Of a stretch of 64,000 nt of DNA, positions 24,401 to 36,509 are shown piece by piece. Under the pieces are notes generated by a model. It did not search any database. It was given only the letters and a program-made list of their open reading frames with translations, and had not been told where the DNA came from. Numbering within the stretch: position 1 is the stretch's first letter; each line of letters opens with the position of its first letter. The position numbers and the translations under genes are program-made. The DNA is taken from contig OZ024764.1 of assembly GCA_964016885.1 (NCBI GenBank), positions 27,342,001-27,406,000 of the forward strand, written 5' to 3'. The stretch is from Eledone cirrhosa (lineage: Eukaryota).

Positions 24401-27110
24401 CGAGAGAGAGAGAGAGCAAGATGAAACGAGAGAGAGAGATGTAACGAGAGAGAGGAAGAGAGAGATGGAACGAGAGAGAGGAAGAGAGAGATGGAACGAG
24501 CGAGAGGAAGACAGAGATGAAACGAGACAGAGAGAGATCGAGATGAAACGAGAGAGAGGAAGAGAGAGAGCGCAAGATGAAACGAGAGAGAGAGAGAGAG
24601 CGAGATGAAACGAGAGAGAGGAAGAGAGAGAGCGCGAGATGAAACGAGAGAGAGGAAGAGAGAGAGCGCGAGATGAAATGAGAGAGAGAGAGCGAGATGA
24701 AATGAGAGATTGAGAGTGAGATGAAACGAGAGAGTGAGAGAGAGCGAGATGAAATGAGAGAGAGAGAGCGAGATGAAATGAGAGAGAGAGAGCGAGATGA
24801 AACGAGACAGAGAGAGCGGGATGAAACGAGACAGAGAGATCGAGATGAAATGAGAGAGAGAGAGCGAGATGAAATGAGAGAGAGAGAGCGAGATGAAACG
24901 AGAGAGTGAGAGCGAGATGGAACGAGTCAGAGAGAGCGAGATGAAACGAGAGAGAGGAAACGAGAGTAGAGAGCAAGATGAAACAGGAGAGAGAGAGAGC
25001 GAGATGAAACCGGAGAGAGAGAGCGAGATGAAACGAGTGGGAGGGAGAGATGAAACGAGAGAGCGAGAGAGAGATAGAGGGAGATGAAACGAGAGAGTGA
25101 TAGCTAGATGAAACGAGAGAGAGAGGAATAGAGAGATGGAACGAGAGAGAGGAAGACAGATATGAAACGAGAGAGAGAGAGCGAGATGAAATGAGAGAGA
25201 GGAAGAGAGAGAGCGCAAGATGAAACGAGAGAGAGAGCGAGATGAAACGAGAGAGAGAGAGAGCGAGATGAAACGAGAGAGAGGAAGAGAGAGAGCGCGA
25301 GATGAAAGTCTGTCATGTAATGTTATGGACATATCTGCCCCTGGGGCTACTAATTGTCATGTAATGTTATGGACATATCTGCCCTTGGGGCTAATAATTG
25401 TCATGTAATGTTATGTACATCTCTGCCCCTGTGGCAAATAATTCTGTCATGTAATGTTATGGACATCTCTGTCCCTGTGGCTAATAATTATGTCATGTAA
25501 TGTTATGGACATCTCTGCCCCTGTGGCTAATAATTCTGTCATGTAATGTTATGGACATCTCTGCCCCTGTGGCTAATAAATTCGTCATGTAATGTTATGG
25601 ACATCTCTGCCCCTGTGGCTAATAAATCTGTCATGTAATGTTATGGACATCTCTGCCCCTGTGGCTAATAATTCTGACATGTAATGTTATGGATATCTCT
25701 GCCCCTGTGGCTAATAATTCTGAGAGAGATGAAACAAGTGAGGGATAAGAGAGAGATGAAACAAGTGAGGGATTAGAGTGTTGAAACAAGAGAGAGAGAG
25801 GAAGAGAGAGTGAGAGCGAGATCAAACGAGAGAGAGAGAGCGAGATGAAATGAGAGAGTGAGAGCGAGATGAAACGAGAGAGAGAGAGCGAGAAGAAATG
25901 AGAGAGAGAGAGCGAGATGAAATGAGAGAGAGAGAGAGCGAGATGAAACGAGACAGAGAGAGCGAGATGAAACGAGAGAGAGAGAGAGCGAAATGAAACG
26001 AGACAGATTAGAGCGAGATGAAACGAGAGAGAGAGAGCGAGATGAAATGAGAGAGAGAGAGCGAGATGAAACGAGAGAGTGAGAGCTAGAGGAAACGATA
26101 GAGAGAGGAAACGAGAGAGAGAGGAAACGAGAGAGAGGATACGAGAGAGAGGAAACGAGAGTAGAGAGCGAGATGAAACAGGAGAGAGAGAGCGAGATGA
26201 AACAGGAGAGAGAGAGCGAGATGAAACGAGAGGGAGAGAGAGATGAAACGAGAGAGCGAGAGAGAGATAGAGGGAGATGAAACGACAGAGAGAGAGACAG
26301 ATGAAACGAGGGAGATAGAGATGAAACGAGAGAGAGAGATGAAACGAGAGAGAGGAAGAGAGAGATGGAACGAGAGAGAGGAAGAGAGAGATGGAACGAG
26401 AGAGAGGAAGACAGAGATGAAACGAGAGAGAGCGAGATGAAACGAGAGAGAGGAAGAGAGAGAACGCGAGATGAAACGAGAGAGAGAGCAAGATGAAACG
26501 AGAGAGAGGAAGAGAGAGCGCAAGATGAAACGAGAGAGAGAGAGCGCGAGATGAAAGTCTGTCATGTAATGTTATGGACATATCTGCCCTTGGGGCTAAT
26601 AATTGTCATGTAATGTTATGGAAATCTCTGCCCCTGTGGCTAATAATTCTGTCATGTAATGTTATGGACATCTCTGCCCCTGTGGCTAATAATTCTGTCA
26701 TGTAATGTTATGAACATCTCTGCCCCTGTGGCTAATAAATCTGTCATGTAATGTTATGGACATCTCTGCCCCTGTGGCTAATAATTCTGACATGTAATGT
26801 TATGGACATCTCTGCCCCTGTGGCTAATAAATATGACATGTAATGTTATGGACATCTCTGCCCCTGTGGCTAATAAATCTGTCATGTAATGTTATGGACA
26901 TCTCTGCCCCTGTGGCTAATAATTCTGACATGTAATGTTATGGACATCTCTGCCCCTGTGGCTAATAAATCTGTCATGTAATGTTATGGACATCTCTGCC
27001 CCTGTGGCTAATAATTCTGACATGTAATGTTATGGACATCTCTGCCCCTGTGGCTAATAATTCTGACACGTAATGTTATGGACATCTCTGCCCCTGTGGC
27101 TAATAATTCT
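12414..27110 (-). repeat. Composite satellite domain D2, inverted (GA-rich strand on top): 8 minisatellite clusters, longer units (~1.3-2.1 kb)
   Basis: Reverse complement of the D1 components (GAGCGAGATGAAACG; GTGAGGGATTAGAGTGTTGAAAC; CATGTAATGTTATGGACATCTCTGCCCCTGTGGCTAATAATTCTG). Clusters start near 13003, 15318, 17433, 19273, 21398, 23231, 25310 and 26559. Confidence 0.97.
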
Positions 27111-30100
27111 GATTTATTAGCCACAGGGGCAGAGATGTCCATAACATTACATGACAGAATTATTAGCCACAGGGGCAGAGATGTCCATAACATTACATGT
27201 CAGAATTATTAGCCACAGGGGCAGAGATGTCCATAACATTACATGTCAGAATTATTAGCCACAGGGGCAGAGATGTCCATAACATTACATGACAGAATTA
27301 TTAGCCACACGGGCAGAGATGACCATAACATTACATGACAATTATTAGCCACAGGGTCAGATATGTCAATAACATTACATGACAGAGTTTCATCTTGCGC
27401 GCTCTCTCTCTCGTTTCATCTCGCTCTCCCTCTCTCTCGTTTCATCTCTGTCTTCCTCTCTCTCGTTTCATCTCGCTCTCTCTCTCTCTCGTTTCATCTC
27501 TGTCTTCCTCTCTCTCGTTCCATCTCTCACTTCCTCTCTCTCGTTCCATCTCTCTCTTCCTCTCTCTCGTTTCATCTCGCTCTCCCTCTCTCTCGTTTCA
27601 TCTCTGTCTCTCTCTCTGTCGTTTCATCTCGCGCTCTCTCTCTCGTTTCATCTTGCGCTCTCTCTCTCTCTCGTTTCGTCTTGCTCTCTCTCTCTCTCGT
27701 TTCATCTCTGTCTTCCTCTCTCTCGTTCCATCTCTCTCTTCCTCTCTCTCGTTCCATCTCTCTCATCCTCTCTCTCGTTTCATCTCTATCTCCCTCCTTT
27801 CATCTGTCTCTCTCTCTCTCGTTTCATCTTGCGCTCTCTCTCTCTCGTTTCATCTCGCTCTCTCTCTCGTTTCATCTCTGTCTTCCTCTCTCTCGTTCCA
27901 TCTCTCTCTTCCTCTCTCTCGTTCCATCTCTCTCTTCCTCTCTCTCGTTTCATCTCTATCTCCCTTCTTTCATCTGTCTCGCTCTCTGTAGTTTCATCTC
28001 GCGCTCTCTCTCTCTCGTTTCATGTCGCGCTCTCTCTCTCTCGTTTCATCTCGCTCTCTCTCTCTCGTTTCATCTCTGTCTTCTTCTCTCTCGTGCCATC
28101 TCTCTCTTCCTCTCTCTCGTTCCATCTCTCTCTTCCTCTCTCTCGTTTCATCTCTATCTCCCTTGTTTCATCTCTCTCTCGCTCTCTCGTTTCATCTCTC
28201 TCTCCCTCTCGTTTCATCTCGCTCTCTCTCTCCTGTTTCATCTCGCTCTCTCTCTCTCGTTTCATCTCTGTCTTCCTCTCTCTCGTTCCATCTCTGTCTT
28301 CCTCTCTCTCGTTCCATCTCTCTCTTCCTCTCCCTCGTTTCATCTCTCTCTCGCTCTCTCGTTTCATCTCTCTCTCCCTCTCATTTCATCTCGCTCTCTC
28401 TCTCCTGTTTCATCTCGCTCTCTACTCTCGTTTCCTCTCTCTCTCTCGTTTCATCTCTCTCTCCCTCCCGTTTCATCTCGCTCTCTCTCTCTCATTTCAT
28501 CTCGCTCTCTCTCTCTCGTTTCATCTCGCTCTCCCTCTCTCGTTTCATCCCGCTCTCACTCTCTCATTTCTTCTCGCTCTCTCTCTCTTGTTTCAACACT
28601 CTAATCCCTCACTTGTTTACTATCTCTCAGAATTATTAGCCACAGGGACAGAGATGACCATAACATTACATGTCAGAATTATTAGCCACAAGGGCAGAGA
28701 TGTCCATAACATTACATGACAGAATTATTAGCCACAGGGGCAGAGATGACCATAACATTACATGAAAATTATTAGCCACAGGGGCAGATATGTCAATAAC
28801 ATTACATGACAGAGTTTCATCTCGCGCTCTCTCTCTCTCGTTTCATCTTGCGCTCTCTCTCTCTCTCGTTTCATCTTGCTCTCTCTCTCGTTTCATCTCT
28901 GTCTTCCTCTCTCTCGTTCCATCTCTCTCTTCCTCTCCCTCGTTCCATCTCTCTCATCCTCTCTCTCTCGTTTCATCTCTATCTCCCTCCTTTCATCTGT
29001 CTCTCTCTCTGTCGTTTCATCTCGCGCTCTCTCTCTCTCGTTTCATCTCGCGCTCTCTCTGTCTCGTTTCATCTCGCTCTCTCTCGTTTCATCTCTGTCT
29101 TCCTCTCTCTCGTTCCATCTCTCTCGTTCCATCTCTCTCTTCCTCTCTCTCGTTTCATCTCTATCTCCCTCGTTTCATCTCTCTCTCGCTCTCTCGTTTC
29201 ATCTCTCTCTCCCGCTCGTTTCTTCTCGCTCTCTCTCTCCTGTTTCATCTCGCTCTCTACTCTCGTTTCCTCTCTCTCATTTCCTCTCTCTCTCGTTTCA
29301 TCTCTGTCTCGTTTCATCTCGCTCTCTCTCTCTCTTCCTCTCTCTCTCTTGTTTCAACACTCTAATCCCTCACTTGTTTTATCTCTCTCTAATCCCTCAC
29401 TTGGTTCATCTCTCTCAGAATTATTAGCCACAGGGGCAGAGATGTCCATAACATTGCATGTCAGAATTATTAGCCACAGGGCAGAGATGTCCATAACATT
29501 ACGTCAGAATTATTAGCCACAGGGGCAGAGATGTCCATAACATTACATGTCAGAATTATTAGCCACAGGGGCAGAGATGTCCATAACATTACATGACAGA
29601 ATTATTAGCCACAGGGGCAGAGATGTCCATAACATTACATGTCAGAATTATTAGCCATAGGGGCAGAGATGTCCATAACATTACATGACAATTATTAGCC
29701 CCAAGGGCAGATATGTCGATAACATTACATGAGAGAGTTTCATCTCGCGCTCTCTCTCTTCCTCTCTCTCGTTTCATCTCTGTCTTCCTCTCTCTCGTTC
29801 CATCTCCCTCTTCCTCTCTCTCGTTCCATCTCTCTCTTCCTCTCTCTCGTTTCATCTCTATCTCCCTCCTTTCATCTGTCTCTCTCTCTGTCGTTTCATC
29901 TCGCGCTCTCTCTCTCTCGTTTCATCTTGCGCTCTCTCTCTCTCGTTTCATCTCGCTCTCTCTCTCTCTCGTTTCATCTATGTCTTCCTCTCTCTCTTCC
30001 TCTCTCTCGTTTCATCTCTATCTCCCTCGTTTCATCTCTCTCTCGCTCTCTCGTTTCATCTCTCTCTCCCTCTCGTTTCATCTCGCTCTCTACTCTCGTT

Positions 30101-33100
30101 TCCTCTCTGTCTCGTTCCATCCCGCTCTCTCTCTCTCTCATTACATCTCGCTCTCTCTGTCTCGTTTCATCTCGCTCTCACTCTCTCGTTTCAACACTCT
30201 AATCCCTCACTTGTTTTATCTCTCTCTAATCCCCCACTTGTTTCATCTCTCTCAGAATTATTAGCCACAGGGGGAGAGATGTCCATAACATTACATGTAA
30301 GAATTATTAGCCACAGGGGCAGAGATGTCCATAACATTACATGACAGAATTATTAGCCACAGGGCCAGTGATGTCCATAACATTACATGACAATTATTAG
30401 GCCGAAGGGCAGATATGTCCATAACATTACATGACAGAGTTTCATCTCGCGCTCTCTCTCTTGCTCTCTCTCGTTTCATCTCGCTCTCTCTCGTTTCATC
30501 TCTGTCTTCCTCTCTCTCGTTCCATCTCTCTCTTCCTCTCTCTCGTTCCATCTCTCTCTTCCTCTCTCTCGTTCCATCTCTCTCTTCCTCTCTCTCGTTT
30601 CATTTCTATCTCCCTCCTTTCATCTGTCTCTCTCTCTGTCGTTTCATCTCGCGCTCTCTCTCTCTCGATTCATCTCGCGCTCTCTCTCTCTCGTTTCATC
30701 TCGCTCTCTCTCTCTCTCGTTTCATCTCTGTCTTCCTCTCTCTCGTTCCATCTCTCTCTTCCTCCCTCTCTTCCTCTCTCTCGTTTCATCACTATCTCCC
30801 TCGTTTCATCTCTCTCTCCCTCTCGTTTCATCTCGCTCTCTCTCTCCTGTTTCATCTCGCTCTCTACTCTCGTTTCCTCTCTGTCTCGTTCCATCCCGCT
30901 CTCTCTCTCTCTCATTACATCTCGCTCTCTCTGTCTCGTTTCATCTCGCTCTCTCTCTCTCTCGTTTCATCTCGCTCTCACTCTCTCGTTTCATCTCGCG
31001 TTTCATCTCACTCTCCCTGTCTCATTTCATCTCGCTCTCTCTCTCTCTCTTCCTCTCTCTCTCTTGTTTCAACACTCTAATCCCTCACTTGTTTTATCTC
31101 TCTCTAATCCCTCACTTGTTTCATCTCTCTCAGAATTATTAGCCACAGGGGCAGAGATGTCCATAACATTACATGTCAGAATTATTAGCCACAGGGCAGA
31201 GATGTCCATAACATTACATGTCAGAGTTATTAGCCACAGGGGCAGAGATGTCCATAACATTACATGTCAGAATTATTAGCCACAGGGGCGGAGACGTCCA
31301 TAACATTACATGACAGAATTATTAGCCACAGGGGCAGAGATGACCATAACATTACATGACAATTATTAGCCACAGGGGCAGATATATCAATAACATTACA
31401 TGATAGAGTTTCATCTCGCGCTCTCTCTCTCTCGTTTCATCTTGCTCTCTCTCTCTCTCGTTTCATCTCTGTCTTCCTCTCTCTCGTTCCATCTCTCTCT
31501 TCCTCTCTCTCGTTCCATCTCTCTCATCCTCTCTCTCGTTTCATCTCTATCTCCCTCCTTTCATCTGTCTCTCTCTCTGTCGTTTCATCTCGTGCTCTCT
31601 CTCTCTCGTTTCATCTCGCGCCCTCTCTGTCTCGTTTCATCTCGCTCTCTCTCTCTCTCGTTTCATCTCTGTCTTCCTCTCTCTCGTTCCATCTCTCTCT
31701 TCCTCTCTCTCTTCCTCTCTCTCGTTTCATCTCTATCTCCCTCGTTTCATCTCTCTCTCGCTCTCTCGTTTCATCTCTCTCTCCCTCTCGTTTCATCTCG
31801 CTCTCTACTCTCGTTTCCTCTCTGTCTCGTTCCATCCCGCTCTCTCTCTCTCTCATTACATCTCGCTCTCTCTGTCTCGTTTCATCTCGCTCTCTGTCTC
31901 TCTCGTTTCATCTCGCTCTCACTCTCTCGTTTCATCTCGCGTTTCATCTCACTCTCCCTGTCTCATTTCATCTCGCTCTCTCTCTCTCTTCCTCTCTCTC
32001 TCTTGTTTCAACACTCTAATCCCTCACTTGTTTTATCTCTCTCTAATCCCTCACTTGTTTCATCTCTCTCAGAATTATTAGCCACAGGGGCAGAGATGTC
32101 CATAACATTACATGTCAGAATTATTAGCCACAGGGCAGAGATGTCCATAACATTACATGTCAGAATTATTAGCCACAGGGGCAGAGATGTCCATAACATT
32201 ACATGTCAGAATTATTAGCCACAGGGGCGGAGACGTCCATAACATTACATGACGGAATTATTAGCCACAGGGGCAGAGATGACCATAAACATGACAATTA
32301 TTAGCCACAGGGGCAGATATATCAATAACATTACATGGTAGAGTTTCATCTCGCGCTCTCTCTCTCTCTCGTTTCATCTTGCGCTCTCTCTCTCTCGTTT
32401 CATCTTGCTCTCTCTCTCTCTCGTTTCATCTCTGTCTTCCTCTCTCTCGTTCCATCTCTCTATTCCTCTCTCTCGTTCCATCTCTCTCATCCTCTCTCTC
32501 GTTTTATCTGTATCTCCCTCCTTCAATCTGTCTCTCTCTCTGTCGTTTCATCTCGTGCTCTCTCTCTCTCGTTTCATCTCGCGCTCTCTCTGTCTCGTTT
32601 CATCTCGCTCTCTCTCTCTCTCTCGTTTCATCTCTGTCTTCCTCTCTCTCGTTCCATCTCTCTCTTCCTCTCCCTCGTTTCATCTCTCTCTCGCTCTCTC
32701 GTTTCATCTCTCTCTCCCTCTCGTTTCATCTCCCTCTCTACTCTCGTTTCATCTCTGTCTCGTTCCATCCCGCTCTCTCTCTCTCTCATTACATCTCGCT
32801 CTCTCTGTCTCGTTTCATCTCGCTCTCTCTCGCTCTCGTTTCATCTCGCTCTCACTCTCTCGTTTCATCTCGCTTCTCTCACTATTGCGTTTCATCTCGC
32901 TCTCCCTGTCTCATTTCATCTCGCTCTCTCTCTCTCTCTTCCTCTTGTTTCAACACTCTAATCCCTCACTTGTTTTATCTCTCTCTAATCCCTCACTTGT
33001 TTCATCTCTCTCAGAATTATTAGCCACAGGGGCAGAGATGTCCATAACATTACATGTCAGAGTTATTAGCCACAGGGGCAGAGATGTCCATAACATTACA

Positions 33101-34175
33101 TGACAATTATTAGCCCCAAGGGCAGATATGTCCATAACATTACATGACAGAGTTTCATCTCGCGCTCTCTCTCTCTCGTTTCATCTCGCGCTCTCTCTCT
33201 TCCTCTCTCTCGTTTCATCTCGCTCTCTCTCTCTCTCGTTTCACCTCTGTCTTCCATCTCTGTCTTCCTCTCTCTCGTTCCATCTCTCTCTCTCTCGTTT
33301 CATCTGTCTCTCTCTCTGTCGTTTCATCTCCCTCTATCTCTCTCTCCCTCTCGTTTCATCTCGCTCTCTCTCTCCTGTTTCATCTCGCTCTCTCTCTCTC
33401 ATTTCATCTCGCTCTCTCTCTCTCATTTCATCTCGCTCTCTCTCTCTCGTTTCATCTCGCTCTCACTCTCTCGTTTCATCTCGCTCTCACTCTCTCGTTT
33501 CATCTCGCTCTCCCTGTCTCGTTTCATCTCGCTCACACTCTCTCATTTCATCTCGCTCTCTCTCTCTTCTTTCAACACTCTAATCCCTCACTTGTTTCAT
33601 CTCTCTCAGAATTATTAGCCACAGGGGCAGAGATGTCCATAACATTACATGTCAGAATTATTAGCCACAGGGGCAGAGATGTCCATAACATCACATGTCA
33701 GAATTATTAGCCACAGGGGCAGAGATGTCCATAACATTACATGTCAGAATTATTAGCCACAGGGGCAGAGATGTCCATAACATTACATGACAGATTTATT
33801 AGCCACAGGGGCAGAGATGTCCATAACATTACATGGCAGATTTATTAGCCACAGGGGCAGAGATGTCCATAACATTACATGTCAGAATTATTAGCCACAG
33901 GGGCAGAGATGTCCATAACATTACATGACAGATTTATTAGCCACAGGGGCAGAGATGTCCATAACATTACATGACAGATTTATTAGCCACAGGGGCAGAG
34001 ATGTCTATAACATTACATGACATAATTATTAGCCACAGGGGCAGAGATGTCCATAACATTACATGACAGATTTATTAGCCATAGGGGCAGAGATGACCAT
34101 AACATTACATGACAGAATTATTAGCCACAGGGGCAGAGATGTCCATAACATTACATGACAGAATTATTAGCCACA
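27111..34175 (+). repeat. Composite satellite domain D3 (forward): 8 minisatellite clusters, the last ~12 units long
   Basis: Same components and orientation as D1. Clusters near 27111, 28628, 29416, 30253, 31131, 32070, 33012 and 33607. Confidence 0.97.
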
Positions 34176-34402
34176 TGTAATGTTATGGACATCTCTGCCC
34201 CTGTGGCTAATGATTCTGTCATGTTATGTTATGGACATCTCTGCCCCTGTGGCTAATAATTCTGACATGTAATGTTAGGGACATCTCTGCCCCAGTGGCT
34301 CATAATTCTGACATGTAATGTTATGGACATCTCTGCCCCTGTGGCTAATAATTCTGTCATGTAATGTTATGGACATCTCTGCCCCTGTGGCTAATAATTC
34401 TG
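34173..34402 (-). repeat. Five inverted 46-bp units joined tail-to-tail to D3
   Basis: GAATTATTAGCCACA|TGTAATGTTATGGAC: the strand switches within a 3-nt ACA overlap. The array ends at ...AATAATTCTG/TTCAAATC. Confidence 0.95.
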
Positions 34403-34740
34403 TTCAAATCTGACTGACATGCATGGTATATATTTATGTTTCATTAGACACCGCCACAATACACAGGAACTTATAAAGATATGTATATATTGTCCAGGAG
34501 TTTCGAGTTTAGTGGGAATTGTACAAATCTCAATTGGAGCTAGTCCCTGCAAGATCAGCATAAATAATGTTATACCTTTTCATGAAATCTTGCACACCCG
34601 ATATTTTATACATGATTATTTAAAGGTGAACAAAAACCGAAGAACATTGAGCAGCATTTCTCAACCTTTCTACCCATGTTGATCTCTTGAAATAGTTTTT
34701 ATGTCTCAAGGAAGCCTTGCATAAAATATACTTTTTCTAT

Positions 34741-34765
34741 CTCTAGAGCAGTGGTTCCCAAATCG
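34741..34765 (+). mobile_element. Possible hAT/Charlie-type terminal inverted repeat end
   Basis: CTCTAGAG (fits the NTCTAGAN 8-bp target preference of Charlie-type hATs) directly followed by CAGTGGTTCCCAAA. No matching second end was found. Confidence 0.45.
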
Positions 34766-34865
34766 TGTGCTGTGAGATGAAACTAGATGAGCTGCAAAAG
34801 ACTAAGATTAAGTTTTAAGATGTGAAAAATATAAAACTGAAATTTCATATAAAAGTTCAAATATA

Positions 34866-35100
34866 GCTACAGCCACAAACCTAGGCTCCACACCCCGCAA
34901 CGCAGAGGAGAGTAAGATAGTACTGAGGCCTGACTCACCTCTTCCACTCCATTGAGACCTCTGCCATACTTGGTCCCCCTACTGCTGATTTCCTCCATAA
35001 AGTCGGGAGGAAAGACGGCAGGAGCCTCGTGAGGAGGGGCAACTATTGTAGCAGGTGTCTCTGGCCTTGTTCCGAGGTAACGCTTTTACGTTTCTTCCAC
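34866..35100 (+). mobile_element. Decayed 3' fragment of a restriction-like-endonuclease (REL; CRE-clade-like) non-LTR retrotransposon
   Basis: The frameshifted translation ...RNAEESK...LFHSIETSAILGPPTADFLHKVGRK...EPREEGQLL*QVSLALFRGNAF follows the REL C-terminal pattern AExxKxxKY...F.P...ET.G..G.....FL...G......EPR....L.Q.LS.A..RGNA. Confidence 0.7.
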
Positions 35101-35301
35101 GTGTTGCGGCTGAGGGACCACTTAGACTGGGGTGAAGTGTCTGTCCCTCCCCCGACTTATTACTTCCTTTTTTTTCTCCTTTTCAATTTCTTTTCTCTTC
35201 TTGCTTATCTCTGCTATACCACGGCATCAAAAAGATATATGATATATGTATGTATGGTATAGGTGTATTTATATTTAGGATAGTTATCAAAGGTAAATAG
35301 A

Positions 35302-36203
35302 CTGGTTGGAGTAATAACAGTCTTGTTTATGTATATACACACATATATACATATATATATATATATATATGTTTGTTCTTGTATTTCTATAGAAAAGGTA
35401 AAGAAAAGAAGAGTGCTCTATGTATTGTACAGAGCTATTTAATTACATAATAAACAACAGAATGGAAAACATTCAGACAGAGAAGAATGGATAATGAGCG
35501 TTGTAAGAGAAATTGGCCAACAATTAATATTAATGGAAATGTAGAAGAATTTCATATTAGTGATATGAATGTTTCGTGTGATCACTGTGGAGCTTTGAAA
35601 TTTAGAAATGAAAATTGTAACTGTTGTAATAAAGGAAAGGTTGTGTTGCCACCATTGCAAATATACCCTGAGAGACTGAGAAATCTCTTTGAAAGAGGCC
35701 AGGAAGCAGTTGATTTCACAGAAACATCTGCAATTAAAACTACATTTATTTCACTTCATTTGGTGTTACCACCCGGCAGAGGCCCGTATAGCTTTCATAT
35801 TCAGGGTCAAACATATCACTACACCCCCATCTCTGTAACCTGCAGAAAATACACCACAATATGGCCAGTTATATATTATTGATGGGAACGATGGTATGTA
35901 GCACAGATTGGAAGTACAACCAAATAATTGTTTCTGGCACAAGGCCAGTAATTACTGGTACTTTATTCTATCGACCTCATAAGGATGAAAACAAAGTCAA
36001 CCTTGGAGGGATTTGAACCCAGAACGTAAAGGGCCATAACCCTATGCTGTAAAGCATGGTGTCAGGCGCTCTACTGATACTGCCAATCCACCGCCCTAGT
36101 ACCAACAAATAATTTCTGCTCACCACAAAAAATGGCTATGATAAGAGAAGTGTTGCATGAATGTAATCCATATGTCGAAGTGTACAATACAATGCATGGC
36201 ATA
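35302..36203 (+). mobile_element. Helitron remnant copy 2 (same extent as copy 1, more diverged, 30-bp deletion)
   Basis: ORF 35487-35882 has CDHCGALKFRNENCNCCNKGKVVLPPL...PPGRGPYSFHIQGQTYH. Same SINE insertion and same 3' truncation as copy 1. Confidence 0.88.
35929..36097 (-). mobile_element. tRNA-derived SINE in Helitron copy 2 (same insertion as 11428-11596)
   Basis: Same body and position. TSDs AGTACAACCAAATAAT (35913-35928) and AGTACCAACAAATAAT (36098-36113). Confidence 0.88.
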
Positions 36204-36271
36204 ACAAATGAATATATATATATATATATATATATATACTACTAAAGTGTATGTAAAATTTTAAAATATAA

Positions 36272-36325
36272 TTTTACAACAAAACATATTGTATAATTAC
36301 ACATACAATATGTTTTGTTGTAAAA
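36272..36325. repeat. Perfect 23-bp inverted repeat with 8-nt spacer
   Basis: TTTTACAACAAAACATATTGTAT - AATTACAC - ATACAATATGTTTTGTTGTAAAA. Confidence 0.9.
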
Positions 36326-36336
36326 CCCTAAATAAT

Positions 36337-36509
36337 TGTTTCTACATTTGGCACAAGGCCAGCAATTACCCAGTGCATTACTGGTACTTTATTTTATCGA
36401 CCCCGTAAGGATGAAAGGCAAAATTAACCTCGGCGGGATTTGAACTCAGATCGTAAAGGGACGTAACTATGCTGGAAAGCATGGCGTCCGACCCTCTACC
36501 GATACTGCC
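36337..36509 (-). mobile_element. tRNA-derived SINE with a perfect 14-bp TSD, absent from the paralogous site at ~11816
   Basis: AAACCCTAAATAAT at 36323-36336 and 36510-36523. B-box present (GAGTTCAAATCC on the minus strand). Copy 1 has a single AAACCCTAAATAATGATTTAAG. Confidence 0.92.

Noticed and set aside
27000-27250. Inversions as long-read fold-back artefacts
   Set aside because: Not favoured, because the arms are not mirror copies (different cluster sizes and subfamily-diagnostic bases). Read-level confirmation is still needed.
34419-34682. 87-aa ORF, and CAGCATTTCTCAACCTTT as a possible second hAT end
   Set aside because: No recognisable protein motif, and no partner TIR or TSD could be found.
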